From positions 480,001 through 544,000 of the forward strand of contig OZ253375.1 of assembly GCA_965261005.1 (NCBI GenBank): a stretch of DNA of 64,000 bases. The letters run 5' to 3'. Origin of the DNA: Deinococcus sp. Lineage in GTDB: Bacteria; Deinococcota; Deinococci; Deinococcales; Deinococcaceae. Below are positions 10,125 through 22,323 of the stretch, piece after piece; position 1 is the first letter of the stretch, and each line of letters opens with the position of its first letter. The notes below the pieces were generated by a model. That model saw nothing but the letters and a program-made list of their open reading frames with translations, was not told the DNA's origin and did no database searches. The position numbers and the translations under genes are program-made.

Positions 10125-11735
10125 CACGGGCGGGTTGCCCGTAGGCCTCAGCAGGTTCACCAGGTCGAGGGGAAAGGCCAGCGCCTCGCCGCCCGGCAGG
10201 CTCAAGTTGACCTCGCGCGCCGCCGGGTCCCAGCTGAGCGCGGCGCCGGGCAGGCGGTGCAGGGCCGAGAGCGGTAAAAAGAGCTGCCCGTCCAAATTGA
10301 CGGCGGGGGCGGTCACCACCTCGCCCGCCACCCCGAAGGTCACGCTGCCCGGCGTGGCGGCGACCACCTCGCCGCCCACGGCGGCGACGGCCGGGGTCAG
10401 CGGCAGGTAGATCAGGCCGCCGCGCGCCACGGCCGCCTGGCCGGCCACGGCGGCCTGCTCGGCGGGGCTGAGCGCTGGGAGGGTAGGCGCTGGGGGGCTG
10501 AGCGCTGGAGGGGCTGGGGGGGCGGCCTGTCCAACCTCAGCCTGATTAGTCCCGGCTTGCTCTGTGGGCGGCTGAGCGGCCAAAGGCGGCGCCGCCGCGC
10601 TGGCGAGTTGGGTCGCGGCGGCGCGTTGGGCGAGTTCCTCCCCGGACAAGCTGCGGCCCCAGGCCGAGGGCAGCGCGCGCGCGTAGGTCCACGGCCCGGC
10701 GGCCAGCGGCGCCCCGCCCTCAAAGGCGTACACCGAGCCGTTGTTGGGCGACACGATCAGGGTGCCGTCGTCGCCCACGGCCGCCGAGGTGTCCACCCGG
10801 CCGCCGAGGGGCAGCGTCCACACCGCTTGACCGGCCAAGTTGACCGCGTGCAGCACGCCGGCCACGTCACCCACGACCAGGCTCCCGTCCGAGCGCTCCA
10901 CCGCCGGCGCCGACACCGCCGTGCCGAGGTCAAGGGTCCAGGCCAGTTCGCCCGTGGTCCTGACGGCGTACAGCTTGCCATCGAAACTGCCCACCACCAC
11001 CAGCCCCCCTCCCGTCACGATGGGCGAGGCGTTCACGAACAGCCCGGTGGGCAGCGACCAGCGCAACCCGCCCCGCGCGTCCACAGCGTAGAGGTTGTGA
11101 TCGGCCGAGCCGAAGTAGACGTTGCCGGCCTCGTCGAGGGCGGGGCTGGAGAAGACCGACGACTTCGCCTGAAAGGTCCAGCGCGGCTGGCCGTCCGGGT
11201 TGAGGGCGTACAGCTTGCCGTCCTGCGCGCCGAAGTAAATGCTGCCGTCTCGCGCGACGGCCGGGCTGGAGTACACGCCGGCCCCGCCCTGGAAGCTCCA
11301 CAGCGGCCGCCCCTCCGGCGAAAAAGCGCGCACCAAGCCGTTCGTCGAGGCCACGACCAAGCTGCCGTCCGGCCTGAGGGCGGGCGAGGCGTACACGTCG
11401 CCGTCGAGCTTGGCCTTCCAGATCAGTTGGCCGTTCCCGTCCAGGGCGTAGACGAAGTCGTCGTAAGACGCCACGAACACCCGCCCCCCCGGCCCGACCA
11501 CCGGCTGACCGCGCCCGACGTCGCCCAGCTTGAAGGTCCACTGTTCCGTGCCGTCCGCACCCACGCGGTGAACCTGGGCGTCGCTGCCCACGAAGGTCAG
11601 GCTGCCGTCCGGCCCGAGCGTGACCGGGCTGAGGGCTTGCAAGCTCTTTTGCCAGGTGACGGCGGGCGGCGCCACGGCCAGGGCAAAGGCCCCAAGCTGA
11701 AGAAGGCAAAGGGTGGCCGTCAGAGTTCTTTTCAT
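10101..11735 (-). CDS. Secreted PQQ-like (BamB-type) beta-propeller repeat protein with Pro/Ala linker and C-terminal domain
   Basis: Signal peptide MKRTLTATLCLLQLGAFALA; repeated 'SSPA...G..Y.G..D..LYA....G...W' blades; AAGGAG RBS. Confidence 0.85.
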   Translation of the reverse strand: MKRTLTATLCLLQLGAFALAVAPPAVTWQKSLQALSPVTLGPDGSLTFVGSDAQVHRVGADGTEQWTFKLGDVGRGQPVVGPGGRVFVASYDDFVYALDGNGQLIWKAKLDGDVYASPALRPDGSLVVASTNGLVRAFSPEGRPLWSFQGGAGVYSSPAVARDGSIYFGAQDGKLYALNPDGQPRWTFQAKSSVFSSPALDEAGNVYFGSADHNLYAVDARGGLRWSLPTGLFVNASPIVTGGGLVVVGSFDGKLYAVRTTGELAWTLDLGTAVSAPAVERSDGSLVVGDVAGVLHAVNLAGQAVWTLPLGGRVDTSAAVGDDGTLIVSPNNGSVYAFEGGAPLAAGPWTYARALPSAWGRSLSGEELAQRAAATQLASAAAPPLAAQPPTEQAGTNQAEVGQAAPPAPPALSPPAPTLPALSPAEQAAVAGQAAVARGGLIYLPLTPAVAAVGGEVVAATPGSVTFGVAGEVVTAPAVNLDGQLFLPLSALHRLPGAALSWDPAAREVNLSLPGGEALAFPLDLVNLLRPTGNPPVSGLGLGQ

Positions 11736-11832
11736 TTCGTTTACTTCTCCTTTATGAAGCCTTGACTCAGCGTGGGGTCTTTGTTGGTCGAGATAGACGC
11801 TAGTGCGCCGACTTCTTACAATGCTGAGCGAT

Positions 11833-12354
11833 ATGAACAAAACTCTCATTGTTTGCGCCGCCCTTTCGCTGGCCTCACTCGCCGCCGCCCAAGGCACGAC
11901 GGACACCAGCACGGTGACCACCACGACCAGCCAACTTGCGCCGGCGCCCCTGATTCAGCCCGGCCTGACGTCCGACCAGTATTACCAGCGCGCCCAGGAG
12001 TTGGCGGTGCAGGCCGAGATCGCTTATCCGCAGGCCTTTGTGGACCGCACCCTGTGGAAGCAGTCGGTGGCCAACGCCACGGCGGCGTCTCAGGGGGAAG
12101 CTGGCAACCGCGATTACAAGTCCTACCAAGCGCAGCTCTACACCAAGACCCAATGGTGGATCAACGCCTACCAAGCTTGGTCGCAACTCGGCAATCTGAC
12201 CGACGCCGAAAAGGACCTGGCCTCGCTGTCCGCCGCCAAGCTGGCCTACCTCGCGCTTCAAGGTGGCGACCGGGAAACGGCGCGCACCTACGTCACCCAG
12301 GGCATGCAGTGGAAGGACACCCAGTCGCTCGAAGACATCATGAAGCGGCTGTAA
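11833..12354 (+). CDS. Secreted helical (TPR-like) hypothetical protein
   Basis: Signal peptide MNKTLIVCAALSLASLAAA; Ala/Tyr-rich helical pattern; terminator downstream. Confidence 0.75.
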   Translation: MNKTLIVCAALSLASLAAAQGTTDTSTVTTTTSQLAPAPLIQPGLTSDQYYQRAQELAVQAEIAYPQAFVDRTLWKQSVANATAASQGEAGNRDYKSYQAQLYTKTQWWINAYQAWSQLGNLTDAEKDLASLSAAKLAYLALQGGDRETARTYVTQGMQWKDTQSLEDIMKRL

Positions 12355-12373
12355 GCGCGAGGGGGAGAAGTGG

Positions 12374-12403
12374 GAGGCTGGCCGGAGGGCTGGCCTCTTT
12401 TTT
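12374..12403 (+). terminator. Intrinsic terminator
   Basis: gaggctggcc...ggctggcctc hairpin followed by a T-tract. Confidence 0.6.
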
Positions 12404-15135
12404 TACTCCATTCTCAAGGCGCGGCTGCCGGCCACGCTCTTGCTGACCAGGATGCGCGCGGGCAGGCGCTCGGAGAGGCTCTCGACGTGGGTGATGACGC
12501 CCACCATGCGCCCCTGGGTGCGGACCTTTTCCAGGGCGCCCGCGACCGCCTCCAACGCCTGCGGGTCCAGCGTGCCAAAGCCCTCGTCGAGAAACAGCGC
12601 GCCCAGAATGCGGTTGCCGGCCAGGTAGTCGCTCAGCGCGATGGCGAGGGACAGGCTCGCCAAAAAGGTCTCGCCGCCCGACAAGGTCCGCACGCCGCGC
12701 ACCTCGCCGGCGTTCCAGAGGTCCTGCACGCTGTATTCCCCGGCCTCCAGCAGCAGGCGGTAGCGGCCGTCGCTGATCTCGAACAGCAGCTCGCCCGCCC
12801 GCCCCAGCAGGGACGCCTCCACCTCGGCCAAGAGGAACTGCTGAAACTCGTTGGCCCGCAGGGCCTGGGTCAAGGCCGACCAGGTGTCGAGGTCGTGCGA
12901 CGCGCGCAGGGCCAGCGCCTCCAAGTCGCGCTTGCGGGCCAGCTGTTCCGCCACCTGGCTGACCCGTTGCGCCAATTCGCCCGCGCGGCGCCGCGCGGCG
13001 TTCAGGGCCGTCTCGCACGCGGTGAGGTCGCGCTGGGCCGTTTCCAGAACCTCGGGGTCATGCGTCCGGCCCGCCAGCTCGCCCTCCAACTCGCCGGCCT
13101 CGCGGCGGCGGCCCTCGTGCGCGGCCATCAGGGTGCGGTGCGCCTCCTCGAAGCGGGCGATGTCACTTTCCGGTAAAGCGGCCTCGCGCGCCCCGGCTTC
13201 GGAAAGGTTCAGGACGGTCAGGGCGGCGTCCGCGCGCTCGGTGGCCGCGCTCAGCTCGGCCCCACGCTCGCCCAGGGCGCGCTCTGCCCCTTGCAGCGCC
13301 GCCCGCGCCGCCGCAAGGGCGCTTTGGGCGGCGGACTCCGCACGGCGGGCCAAGTCCAGTCGCTCGCGCCGCACCTTCACATCGCCCAAAACGGCCGAGC
13401 GCGCCCGCACGGGGTCGGCCTCTCCGACCGCGCGCAGCTGGGCCGCCAGGCCGGCGAGCAGGCGGCGGGCCGTGTCCCGCGCGTCGCCGCTCAGCTGTTC
13501 GCGCTCACCGGCGAGAACGGCCAGCCGCGCTTCCAGGGCCTCCTCGCGCCGGGCCAGGTCCGAGCGGTCGCGCGCGTCGGCGGCCTCGGCGGCCTTGATA
13601 TCGCCGCGCACCTCCGAAAAGCACTCTTGCAAGGCGCCCAGCGCGTCTTCCAGGGTGCGCGCCCGGCGCTCCAGCGCGCCCAGGTCGGGGGCCTCTCCCG
13701 TGGGCAGCGCGCGCACGGTCTGCTCGCACAGCGGGCACGTTCCCCCCAAGTGAAGGTGGGAACGCAGGGCGGCGGCCCCGGCCCGCTCACGGGCGAGGCG
13801 CAGCTCCTCTTGCGCCGCGTCACGCTCCGCGCGCTTGGCCTTGCCCTTGACCGTCAGGTCCGCGAGCTGTCCGCGCCAAGCGGCCAGATTCTCCGCCCCC
13901 AGCGCCACGCGCAGCCGCAGCGCCTCCAACTCGCGCCCCTCAAGGGTGCAGGCCTGTTGCTCGGCGCCGAGGGTCTGCTCGCGCGCCAACTGGTCGCGGG
14001 CGGCCAGATAGGCGTCCTCATCCCACGGCAGGGCGCCCCCGCTTGGCAGGTCCAGGGCGCCGCCGGAGCGCCGCAACACCTTGATCCACCCCTCGGCCTC
14101 GCGCAGCTGCTCGGCGCGCGCCTCCATGGCGGGCACCTCGGCCGCCGCCGTTTCGGCGCGCTCACGCCCGCCTGCGGCCGTTCGCGCGGCCTCCTCCGCC
14201 CGCTCCGATCCTTCGCGGGCCTCCCCGCCCGCCCGCCCGGCGCGCTCGGCCTCCACCCCGGCGCGGTCGCGGGCCTCCAGCAAGGGCAGGACGCCCGCCA
14301 CCCGCCGCGCCCGCCCGGCACGCTCCAAGTCGGCCTGGGCGCCGGGGCGCCGCGCCTCCAACTCGGAGAATGCCCGACGCGCCCGTTCCCAGCGGCCGTA
14401 CAGCTCGGCCAGCGCGTTCAGCTCGGCCAGGTACACGCTCAGGCGCTCGCGCTCGCCCTCCAGCCGCCCCGCGTCCCGCTCGGCTTGCCCAGCCTCAGCT
14501 CGCCACCCGGCCAGCTTCTCGGGCGTCACCTCCGCGTACTCGCCGTCCAGGAGCGCCTGGGTCGCGCGCAACTCGTGGGTCAAAAAGGTCTTTTTTTCGC
14601 TGGCGCGCTCGAACATGCGCTTGTAGTGGTCGAGTTCTAGCAGGGCGCCCAGCAATTCCTGGCGTTCCTTGCCGGTGCCGCGCAGAAAGCGGTCGAACTG
14701 GCCCTGCGGCAAGACCACCGCCCGCGTGAAGGACTCGAAGCTGAGGCCCACCGCCGCCTCGATGGCGCCCTGGGTGTGCGCCTTTTTGGTCTCGGTCAGG
14801 CCCACGAAGCGCTCCCCCTGCCACTTCTCGAAGCGCACCTCGTTGTCACTCTGCTTGCGCCCCTTGGCGCGCGCCACCCGGTAGCGCTCGCCGCCCGACT
14901 CGAACTCCAAGCTGACCGACAGGGCGCGCTCCCCCTGCGAAATCAGGGCCTCGTGGCCCACCTTGCCCAGGCGCGGCGTTTGGCCGTAGAGGGCGTACAT
15001 CACCGCGTCGAGCAGGCTCGACTTGCCGCTGCCGGTCGGCCCCTGGATGGCGTACAGCTCCAGCGCCCCGAAGTCGAGTTCGGTGTGCTGCCGAAAGCAG
15101 GTGAAGCCCTGTACGGCCAGCTTGAGGGGCCTCAT
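12403..15135 (-). CDS. sbcC: SbcC (Rad50-like) ATPase
   Basis: Walker A 'GPTGSGKSS', coiled coil, Zn hook 'CPLC', 'LSGGE', 'LFLDEGFGTLD', 'ITH'. Confidence 0.96.
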   Translation of the reverse strand: MRPLKLAVQGFTCFRQHTELDFGALELYAIQGPTGSGKSSLLDAVMYALYGQTPRLGKVGHEALISQGERALSVSLEFESGGERYRVARAKGRKQSDNEVRFEKWQGERFVGLTETKKAHTQGAIEAAVGLSFESFTRAVVLPQGQFDRFLRGTGKERQELLGALLELDHYKRMFERASEKKTFLTHELRATQALLDGEYAEVTPEKLAGWRAEAGQAERDAGRLEGERERLSVYLAELNALAELYGRWERARRAFSELEARRPGAQADLERAGRARRVAGVLPLLEARDRAGVEAERAGRAGGEAREGSERAEEAARTAAGGRERAETAAAEVPAMEARAEQLREAEGWIKVLRRSGGALDLPSGGALPWDEDAYLAARDQLAREQTLGAEQQACTLEGRELEALRLRVALGAENLAAWRGQLADLTVKGKAKRAERDAAQEELRLARERAGAAALRSHLHLGGTCPLCEQTVRALPTGEAPDLGALERRARTLEDALGALQECFSEVRGDIKAAEAADARDRSDLARREEALEARLAVLAGEREQLSGDARDTARRLLAGLAAQLRAVGEADPVRARSAVLGDVKVRRERLDLARRAESAAQSALAAARAALQGAERALGERGAELSAATERADAALTVLNLSEAGAREAALPESDIARFEEAHRTLMAAHEGRRREAGELEGELAGRTHDPEVLETAQRDLTACETALNAARRRAGELAQRVSQVAEQLARKRDLEALALRASHDLDTWSALTQALRANEFQQFLLAEVEASLLGRAGELLFEISDGRYRLLLEAGEYSVQDLWNAGEVRGVRTLSGGETFLASLSLAIALSDYLAGNRILGALFLDEGFGTLDPQALEAVAGALEKVRTQGRMVGVITHVESLSERLPARILVSKSVAGSRALRME

Positions 15136-16328
15136 ACCCCAACTTCCTGGGCCTGCTCTTCGCGCGCGAGGCGGTCGGCCTCCTCAAAGGCGCTCCGCAG
15201 GGCCGGCGGCAAGCCGTCCAGACCGCGCTTTTCCAGGTAGTAGCGCTCGAACAGCTCCAGCGGCGACAGCCCCTCGCGCCGCACCTCAGGCAGCACCTGC
15301 GCCTCCCCGGTCGCCTCGGTCTCGATGGCGAGCGTGTTCGGCAAGGCGCGCAGAATGCGGTCCTTGAGGCCCGGCATGCTCGCGCCGCCCGGCACCTCCA
15401 CCACGACCTTCAGCAGCCCGGCGAAGTCCCGGTGCTTGTCCAACCTGCGCTCCAGGTTCTCCAAGTCGGCGCGCACGACTTTTAAAGGCTGACCTGCCGA
15501 AAGCGGCAAAAAATGCACCCGCGCGGGCCGGCCCGGCTCCACCTCGACCAGGTTGACGCCCTTACGCTCGCCCGCCTCGCCGAAGTCGAGCTGGATCAGG
15601 CTGCCGGGATAGTACGCGGGCGGCGCCTCGGAGGGCTGCTGCGGCTTGTGAATGTGGCCCAGCGCCACGTACTGCGCCGCGCTCGGAAGCTGCTGGCCCG
15701 AGATGGTGTAGGCGTTGCTGAGGTCGAAGGCGAAGCTGCGCTCGGAGCCGGAAGGGGCGCTGCCGTCGAGGGTGGTGTGCAGCATCAGGGTGTTGACGGC
15801 GCCCGCGCGAAAGCCGCGCTCCAATTGCCGCAGGAAAAAGCCCATCCCATCGCGAAACTTTTGGCGCCACTGGCTCACCTCGCCGCCCAGCACGTCGGCA
15901 TACTTGACCAGTCTGCGCTCGGACAGAAAGGGCAAGGCCGCCACGACCAGCTCAGTGCCGTCCCGGGCGGTCACGCTCCGCACGGCGTCCAGGGGGTTCT
16001 GCGGCATGCGCGCCACCAACTGTACGCCCACCCAGCCCAGCAGACCGGCCAGGCCGGCCAGGCGGCTGGCGCTGTCGTGGTTGCCGGCGATCACCACGCT
16101 GGGCACCCCCAGCTCGCGCAGGCGCAGGAGAAACTCGTAGAGGGCCGCCTCGGCGTCGGCGCTGGGGTTGACCGAGTCGAACAGGTCGCCCGCCACCAGC
16201 ACCGCGTCCGCCTTTTCGCTGCCCGCCAAGTCCGCGACCTCCGTCAAAGCGGCGCGAATTTCGGGCGTGCGGTCAAAGCCCCGCAGGGTACGCCCGGCGT
16301 GAAAGTCGGCGGTGTGTAAAAGACGCAT
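15132..16328 (-). CDS. sbcD: SbcD (Mre11-like) nuclease
   Basis: 'HTADFHAG', 'AGDLFD', 'AGNHD', 'YVALGHIH'; start at MRLLH. Confidence 0.95.
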   Translation of the reverse strand: MRLLHTADFHAGRTLRGFDRTPEIRAALTEVADLAGSEKADAVLVAGDLFDSVNPSADAEAALYEFLLRLRELGVPSVVIAGNHDSASRLAGLAGLLGWVGVQLVARMPQNPLDAVRSVTARDGTELVVAALPFLSERRLVKYADVLGGEVSQWRQKFRDGMGFFLRQLERGFRAGAVNTLMLHTTLDGSAPSGSERSFAFDLSNAYTISGQQLPSAAQYVALGHIHKPQQPSEAPPAYYPGSLIQLDFGEAGERKGVNLVEVEPGRPARVHFLPLSAGQPLKVVRADLENLERRLDKHRDFAGLLKVVVEVPGGASMPGLKDRILRALPNTLAIETEATGEAQVLPEVRREGLSPLELFERYYLEKRGLDGLPPALRSAFEEADRLAREEQAQEVGV

Positions 16329-16335
16329 GCGGGCA

Positions 16336-16352
16336 TTATGCCGGAAACAGAA
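16336..16352. promoter_or_regulatory. RDRM-like palindrome (putative DdrO site) overlapping the -10 of sbcD
   Basis: TTATG-CCGGAAA-CAGAA, 17 bp with 5-7-5 spacing; CATAAT -10 on the minus strand 6 nt before the ATG. Confidence 0.75.
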
Positions 16353-16397
16353 GGACGCGAAGAACGCCAAAAGATGTTTTCCCCCTTGAAAACGAGA

Positions 16398-16413
16398 TTT
16401 AGGTGCGCCTAAA
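16398..16413. promoter_or_regulatory. DtxR/MntR-family operator within the mntR promoter
   Basis: TTTAGG-TGCG-CCTAAA palindrome between TTGAAA (16386) and TAAACT (16410). Confidence 0.8.
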
Positions 16414-16421
16414 CTAGCGGG

Positions 16422-17120
16422 ATGACGGCCCTCCACAGCGACCGCGCCCTCCTGAGTGCCCAGGCCGAGGACTACCTCAAGGCGCTCTACAGCTTGGGCC
16501 AGCCCGGCCCGGTGAGCACCCAAAGCCTGGCCGACACCCTGAAAGTCTCCCCTGCCAGCGTCAGCGGCATGCTGCGCAAATTGGCCGAGCAGGGTTTGGT
16601 CAACCACAAACCGTACCTGGGCGCCGCCCTGACCGAGCGCGGCGAAAAGGTGGCGCTGGAGGTGCTGCGCCACCACCGCCTGCTGGAGCTGTACCTGACC
16701 AGGGCGCTGGGCTACGGCTGGGACGAGGTCCACGCCGAGGCCGACAAGCTGGAACACGTGATCTCCGAGGCGCTGGAGGCGCGCATCGCGCGGGCGCTGG
16801 GCGACCCCCACTACGACCCGCACGGCCACCCCATTCCCCGCCCCGACGGCAGCCTGCCCGAGCTGGGCGGCGTTCAGCTGCCCGACTCCGCCCCGAACCG
16901 GGCGCTGACGCTGCTGCGCGTTCAGGGCGAGGACGCCGACTTTTTGCGCTACCTGACCGAGCAGGGCTTGCAGCCGGGGGCGACCTTACAAGTGGTGGAC
17001 ATAGACACGCACGGCGGCACGCTGACCCTCAAGGTCGGCGACGCGACCCGGGTGCTGGGCGTGGAGGCGGCGCGGCGCTTGTGGGTCGTCCCGCTTGGGG
17101 AGGCGCCTCATGGCCGGTAG
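16422..17120 (+). CDS. mntR: DtxR/MntR metal-dependent repressor with C-terminal FeoA-like domain
   Basis: 'EDYLKALY', '[10 protein letters not shown]', '[10 protein letters not shown]', 'DPHGHPIP'. Confidence 0.92.
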   Translation: MTALHSDRALLSAQAEDYLKALYSLGQPGPVSTQSLADTLKVSPASVSGMLRKLAEQGLVNHKPYLGAALTERGEKVALEVLRHHRLLELYLTRALGYGWDEVHAEADKLEHVISEALEARIARALGDPHYDPHGHPIPRPDGSLPELGGVQLPDSAPNRALTLLRVQGEDADFLRYLTEQGLQPGATLQVVDIDTHGGTLTLKVGDATRVLGVEAARRLWVVPLGEAPHGR

Positions 17121-18432
17121 GGACGGCTGGCGGCAAGACAACCCGCGCGCCTCCTTGGAGGACGTCAAGCGCATTCCGGTTCCCTATCACCTGCCGCCGT
17201 GGCGCCGCTTCCTGGCCTTTTTGGGGCCGGGCGCCTTGGTGGCGGTCGGCTACATGGACCCCGGCAACTGGGCCACCTCCATCGCGGGCGGCAGCGCCTA
17301 CGGCTACACCCTGCTGAGCATGGTGCTGATCTCCAGCTTGATGGCGATCTTCTTGCAGGCCCTGACCGCCCGCCTGGGCATCGCCACCGGGCGCGACCTC
17401 GCGCAGGCCTGCCGCGACAGTTTCAGCAAGCCGGCCTCCATCTTTTTGTGGCTGTCGGCCGAGATCGCCATTATCGCCACCGACCTCGCCGAGGTGATCG
17501 GCACGGCCATCGCGCTCAATCTGCTGTTCGGCCTGCCCCTGATCCTGGGCGTGATTCTGACCGCAGCGGACGTGCTGCTGATCCTGCTGCTCCAGAACCG
17601 GGGCTTTCGCTACGTCGAGGCGCTGGTCATCACCCTGATCGCCACCATCGCGGTCGCCTTTTTGTTCGAGCTGATCTTTTCCAAGCCGGAGTGGGCGCCG
17701 CTGCTGGCGGGCTTCGTGCCGTCCCGGCAGATTCTCGATCCCGGCGTGCTGTACGTGGGCATCGGCATTCTGGGCGCCACCGTCATGCCGCACAACCTGT
17801 ACCTGCACTCGGCCATCGTGAACACCAGGGGCTACAACCCCACCCCCGAGGGCAAGCGCGAGGCCATCAAGTTCTCCACTTGGGACTCCAGCATCGCCCT
17901 CACCTTCGCCTTTTTCATCAACGCCTCCATCCTGATTCTGGCGGCGGCGGCCTTTCACGCCGCCGGGCGCACCAACGTCGCCGAGATTCAGGACGCCTAC
18001 AAGCTGCTCACCCCGCTACTCGGCGCGGGCGCGGCCAGCGTCTTGTTCGCGGTGGCGCTGCTGGCCTCCGGCCAAAACAGCACCCTGACCGGCACCCTGA
18101 CGGGGCAGATCGTGATGGAGGGCTTCGTCAACATCCGCATCAAGCCGTGGCTGCGGCGCTTAATTACGCGCCTCTTGGCCATCATCCCCACCGTCATCGT
18201 GGTCCTGATCTCCGGCGAGGGCGGCACCGGCGAACTCTTGATTCTGTCGCAGGTGATCCTCTCGCTGCAACTCTCCTTCGCCGTCGTCCCGCTGATGATG
18301 TTCAGCGGGGACAAGAGAAAAATGGGCGAGTTCGTGATCGCGCCGTGGGCCAAGTGGCTCGGCTGGTTCATCACCGCCGTCATCATTGGCCTGAACGGCT
18401 TTTTGCTGGTGCAGACGTTTGCGGGGAGATAG
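17110..18432 (+). CDS. mntH: Nramp-family Mn2+ transporter
   Basis: 'GYMDPGNW', '[13 protein letters not shown]', '[19 protein letters not shown]'. Confidence 0.96.
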   Translation: MAGRDGWRQDNPRASLEDVKRIPVPYHLPPWRRFLAFLGPGALVAVGYMDPGNWATSIAGGSAYGYTLLSMVLISSLMAIFLQALTARLGIATGRDLAQACRDSFSKPASIFLWLSAEIAIIATDLAEVIGTAIALNLLFGLPLILGVILTAADVLLILLLQNRGFRYVEALVITLIATIAVAFLFELIFSKPEWAPLLAGFVPSRQILDPGVLYVGIGILGATVMPHNLYLHSAIVNTRGYNPTPEGKREAIKFSTWDSSIALTFAFFINASILILAAAAFHAAGRTNVAEIQDAYKLLTPLLGAGAASVLFAVALLASGQNSTLTGTLTGQIVMEGFVNIRIKPWLRRLITRLLAIIPTVIVVLISGEGGTGELLILSQVILSLQLSFAVVPLMMFSGDKRKMGEFVIAPWAKWLGWFITAVIIGLNGFLLVQTFAGR

Positions 18433-18433
18433 G

Positions 18434-18936
18434 TTGAGTTCGCTTGCGGGCAGCCCCCACCCCCCCGGCCCCCCTACCCCCAAAGGGGGCAGGGGGGAGT
18501 TCCGCTGCGCTCGGCACGTCCGACGGCTGGATCGCCCAACCTCCCTAATCGCAGCATCCGTTATCGGGTCACTGCCGCCCGCACAAAAACTTCTTGGTGC
18601 TGTGACAATGAGCCGGTGACGGGGAAATGGGGGCGGCGGAACCCCCCACCCCCGGCCCCTCCCCCACAAGGGGGGAGGGGAGCAGAGATGATGGTGCTGC
18701 TGCTGCGGTGGGTCTTTGATCTTTAATATCCGGCCACCAGCGCCCAAAACGTGCTCCACCAGCCGTGGAGAGGGCATGGAAAGCGGCACAGTATTTCCCT
18801 CGCGCAGACCATACAGCACGACACTGGCTTACTCGTGCGACCCAACGTGCCATGCCGAGCGCAGTGTCACTCCCCCCTGCCCCCTTTGGGGGTAGGGGGG
18901 CTGGGGGGGTGGGGGCCACCCGGAAGCTCAACTCAA
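18434..18936. repeat. Non-coding element with ~85-bp imperfect terminal inverted repeats and an internal REP-like hairpin (MITE/REP-like)
   Basis: 18434-18518 is the near reverse complement of 18851-18936; internal hairpin at 18639-18682. Confidence 0.8.
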
Positions 18937-18948
18937 ATCAGCTCGACC

Positions 18949-19416
18949 TCAAACGGGCGCCGGATAAAACGCCAACTCCTCGGCCGTGGGCCGCTGAAAC
19001 ACTCCGAGCATCCGGTCGAGTTCATCGGCGCTGATGGGTACCTCACCCCAAGAAAGATTCTGGTTCCGAAGCGACAGCCTGCTCCACAGCTCGTCACGTG
19101 GCACGTCCAGAAAGCGCAGGTCCACGCGGGCGCCCACTGCCTGCGCCCGTGCGCGGTATTCGTCGCGCTCCGAACGCCCCCACAACCCGTAATCCAGGAC
19201 GACGTTCATACCCAGGGTCAGGGCGCGCGCCGCCACGCGCCACAGCAGCGCCTCCAACACTTCCCGCTTGTTTCCAAACTCGCCCGCGCCGAACAGCGGC
19301 ATCATCCACTCGTCCGGCGTCAACCTGAGCGCGTGGTGGTCCACCTCCAACTGCCGCGCCAGCGTCGTCTTGCCCGACCCCGGCAGGCCGACCATGATAA
19401 AGACGGTGGGGTTCAT
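18949..19416 (-). CDS. AAA_33-type P-loop kinase/ATPase
   Basis: '[11 protein letters not shown]', 'LTPDEW', 'VVLDYG'; TAGCAT -10 lies 6 nt upstream. Confidence 0.88.
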   Translation of the reverse strand: MNPTVFIMVGLPGSGKTTLARQLEVDHHALRLTPDEWMMPLFGAGEFGNKREVLEALLWRVAARALTLGMNVVLDYGLWGRSERDEYRARAQAVGARVDLRFLDVPRDELWSRLSLRNQNLSWGEVPISADELDRMLGVFQRPTAEELAFYPAPV

Positions 19417-19487
19417 CCGGGCATGCTAGCAGAGAAAACCGGCCCCCGTCACGGCCCCCACCCCGTCCAGAGCGTAAAATACCCCCA

Positions 19488-21338
<1,851 letters not shown>

Positions 21339-21445
21339 AGACGGCGTAAAGGCGTTTTCCGCGTTTCTCAGCGGTGGGCCGGGAGACAATGCCGGCGGGT
21401 CCGCCAAGCCGTCTGAAGTCACGCGCACCCAGCAAAGGAGAACCC

Positions 21446-22279
21446 ATGCCTTACGTCACCGTCGGCCAGGAAAACGGCCAAAACATAGACCTCTACTTCG
21501 AGGACCACGGGAGCGGTCAGCCCGTCGTGCTGATTCACGGCTATCCCCTCAGCGGCCACTCCTGGGAAAAGCAGGAGGCCGCCCTGCTGGGGGCCGGCTA
21601 CCGCGTCATCAAGTATGACCGGCGCGGCTTCGGCGACTCCAGCCAGCCCTCGGTCGGCTACGACTACGACACCTTCGCCGCCGACCTCGACAAGCTGCTC
21701 TCAAAGCTTGACTTACAGGAGGCCGTGCTGGTGGGCTTCTCGATGGGCACCGGCGAGGTCGCGCGCTACCTGGGCAAGTACGGCTCCGACCGGGTGGAAA
21801 AGGCCGTCCTGATCGGCCCCATCCCACCCTTTCTGCTCAAGACGGACGACAACCCGGAGGGTGTGGACAGAAGCGTCTTCACCGGGATCGAGGATAGCAT
21901 CCGAAAGGACCGCTTCGCGTACCTGAGCCAGTTCTTCGGGGACTTCTACAACACCGACCAACTGCTGGGCCAGCGCGTCAGCGATGAGGACATCCGCGCG
22001 AGCTGGAACGTCGCGGCGGGGGCCTCGGCCATCGCCACCCTGGCCTGCGTCCCAACCTGGCTGGAGGACTTCCGCCCGGACGTCGCCAAGATCGATGTGC
22101 CCACCCTGATCGTACAGGGCGAGGCCGACCGCATCCTGCCCATCGGGGCGACCGGCGCGAGGTTGCCCGACCTGATTCCGGGCAGTCAGTTGATCTCGAT
22201 TCCCGACGGCCCGCACAACGTCTTGTGGACCTTTCCCGATGAGGTGAACACCGCGCTGCTGGACTTCCTGGGAAAGTAG
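21446..22279 (+). CDS. Alpha/beta hydrolase, non-heme haloperoxidase/perhydrolase-like
   Basis: 'LIHGYPL', 'YDRRGFG', 'GFSMG', 'D-RILP', 'GPH'; AAGGAG RBS. Confidence 0.9.
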   Translation: MPYVTVGQENGQNIDLYFEDHGSGQPVVLIHGYPLSGHSWEKQEAALLGAGYRVIKYDRRGFGDSSQPSVGYDYDTFAADLDKLLSKLDLQEAVLVGFSMGTGEVARYLGKYGSDRVEKAVLIGPIPPFLLKTDDNPEGVDRSVFTGIEDSIRKDRFAYLSQFFGDFYNTDQLLGQRVSDEDIRASWNVAAGASAIATLACVPTWLEDFRPDVAKIDVPTLIVQGEADRILPIGATGARLPDLIPGSQLISIPDGPHNVLWTFPDEVNTALLDFLGK

Positions 22280-22292
22280 ATTGGCGAGCCTC

Positions 22293-22323
22293 AAGGAGCG
22301 CCGAGATGACCTCGGCGCTCCTT
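22293..22323 (+). terminator. Hairpin terminator
   Basis: aaggagcgccgag-atgac-ctcggcgctcctt perfect stem. Confidence 0.75.

Noticed and set aside
10760..11640. Repeated sequence blocks in the PQQ-like gene as a DNA repeat array
   Set aside because: Explained by beta-propeller blade repeats at the protein level.
18434..18936. CRISPR array interpretation of the repeat cluster
   Set aside because: Only three units, in mixed orientation, with long unequal spacers and no cas genes in the window.
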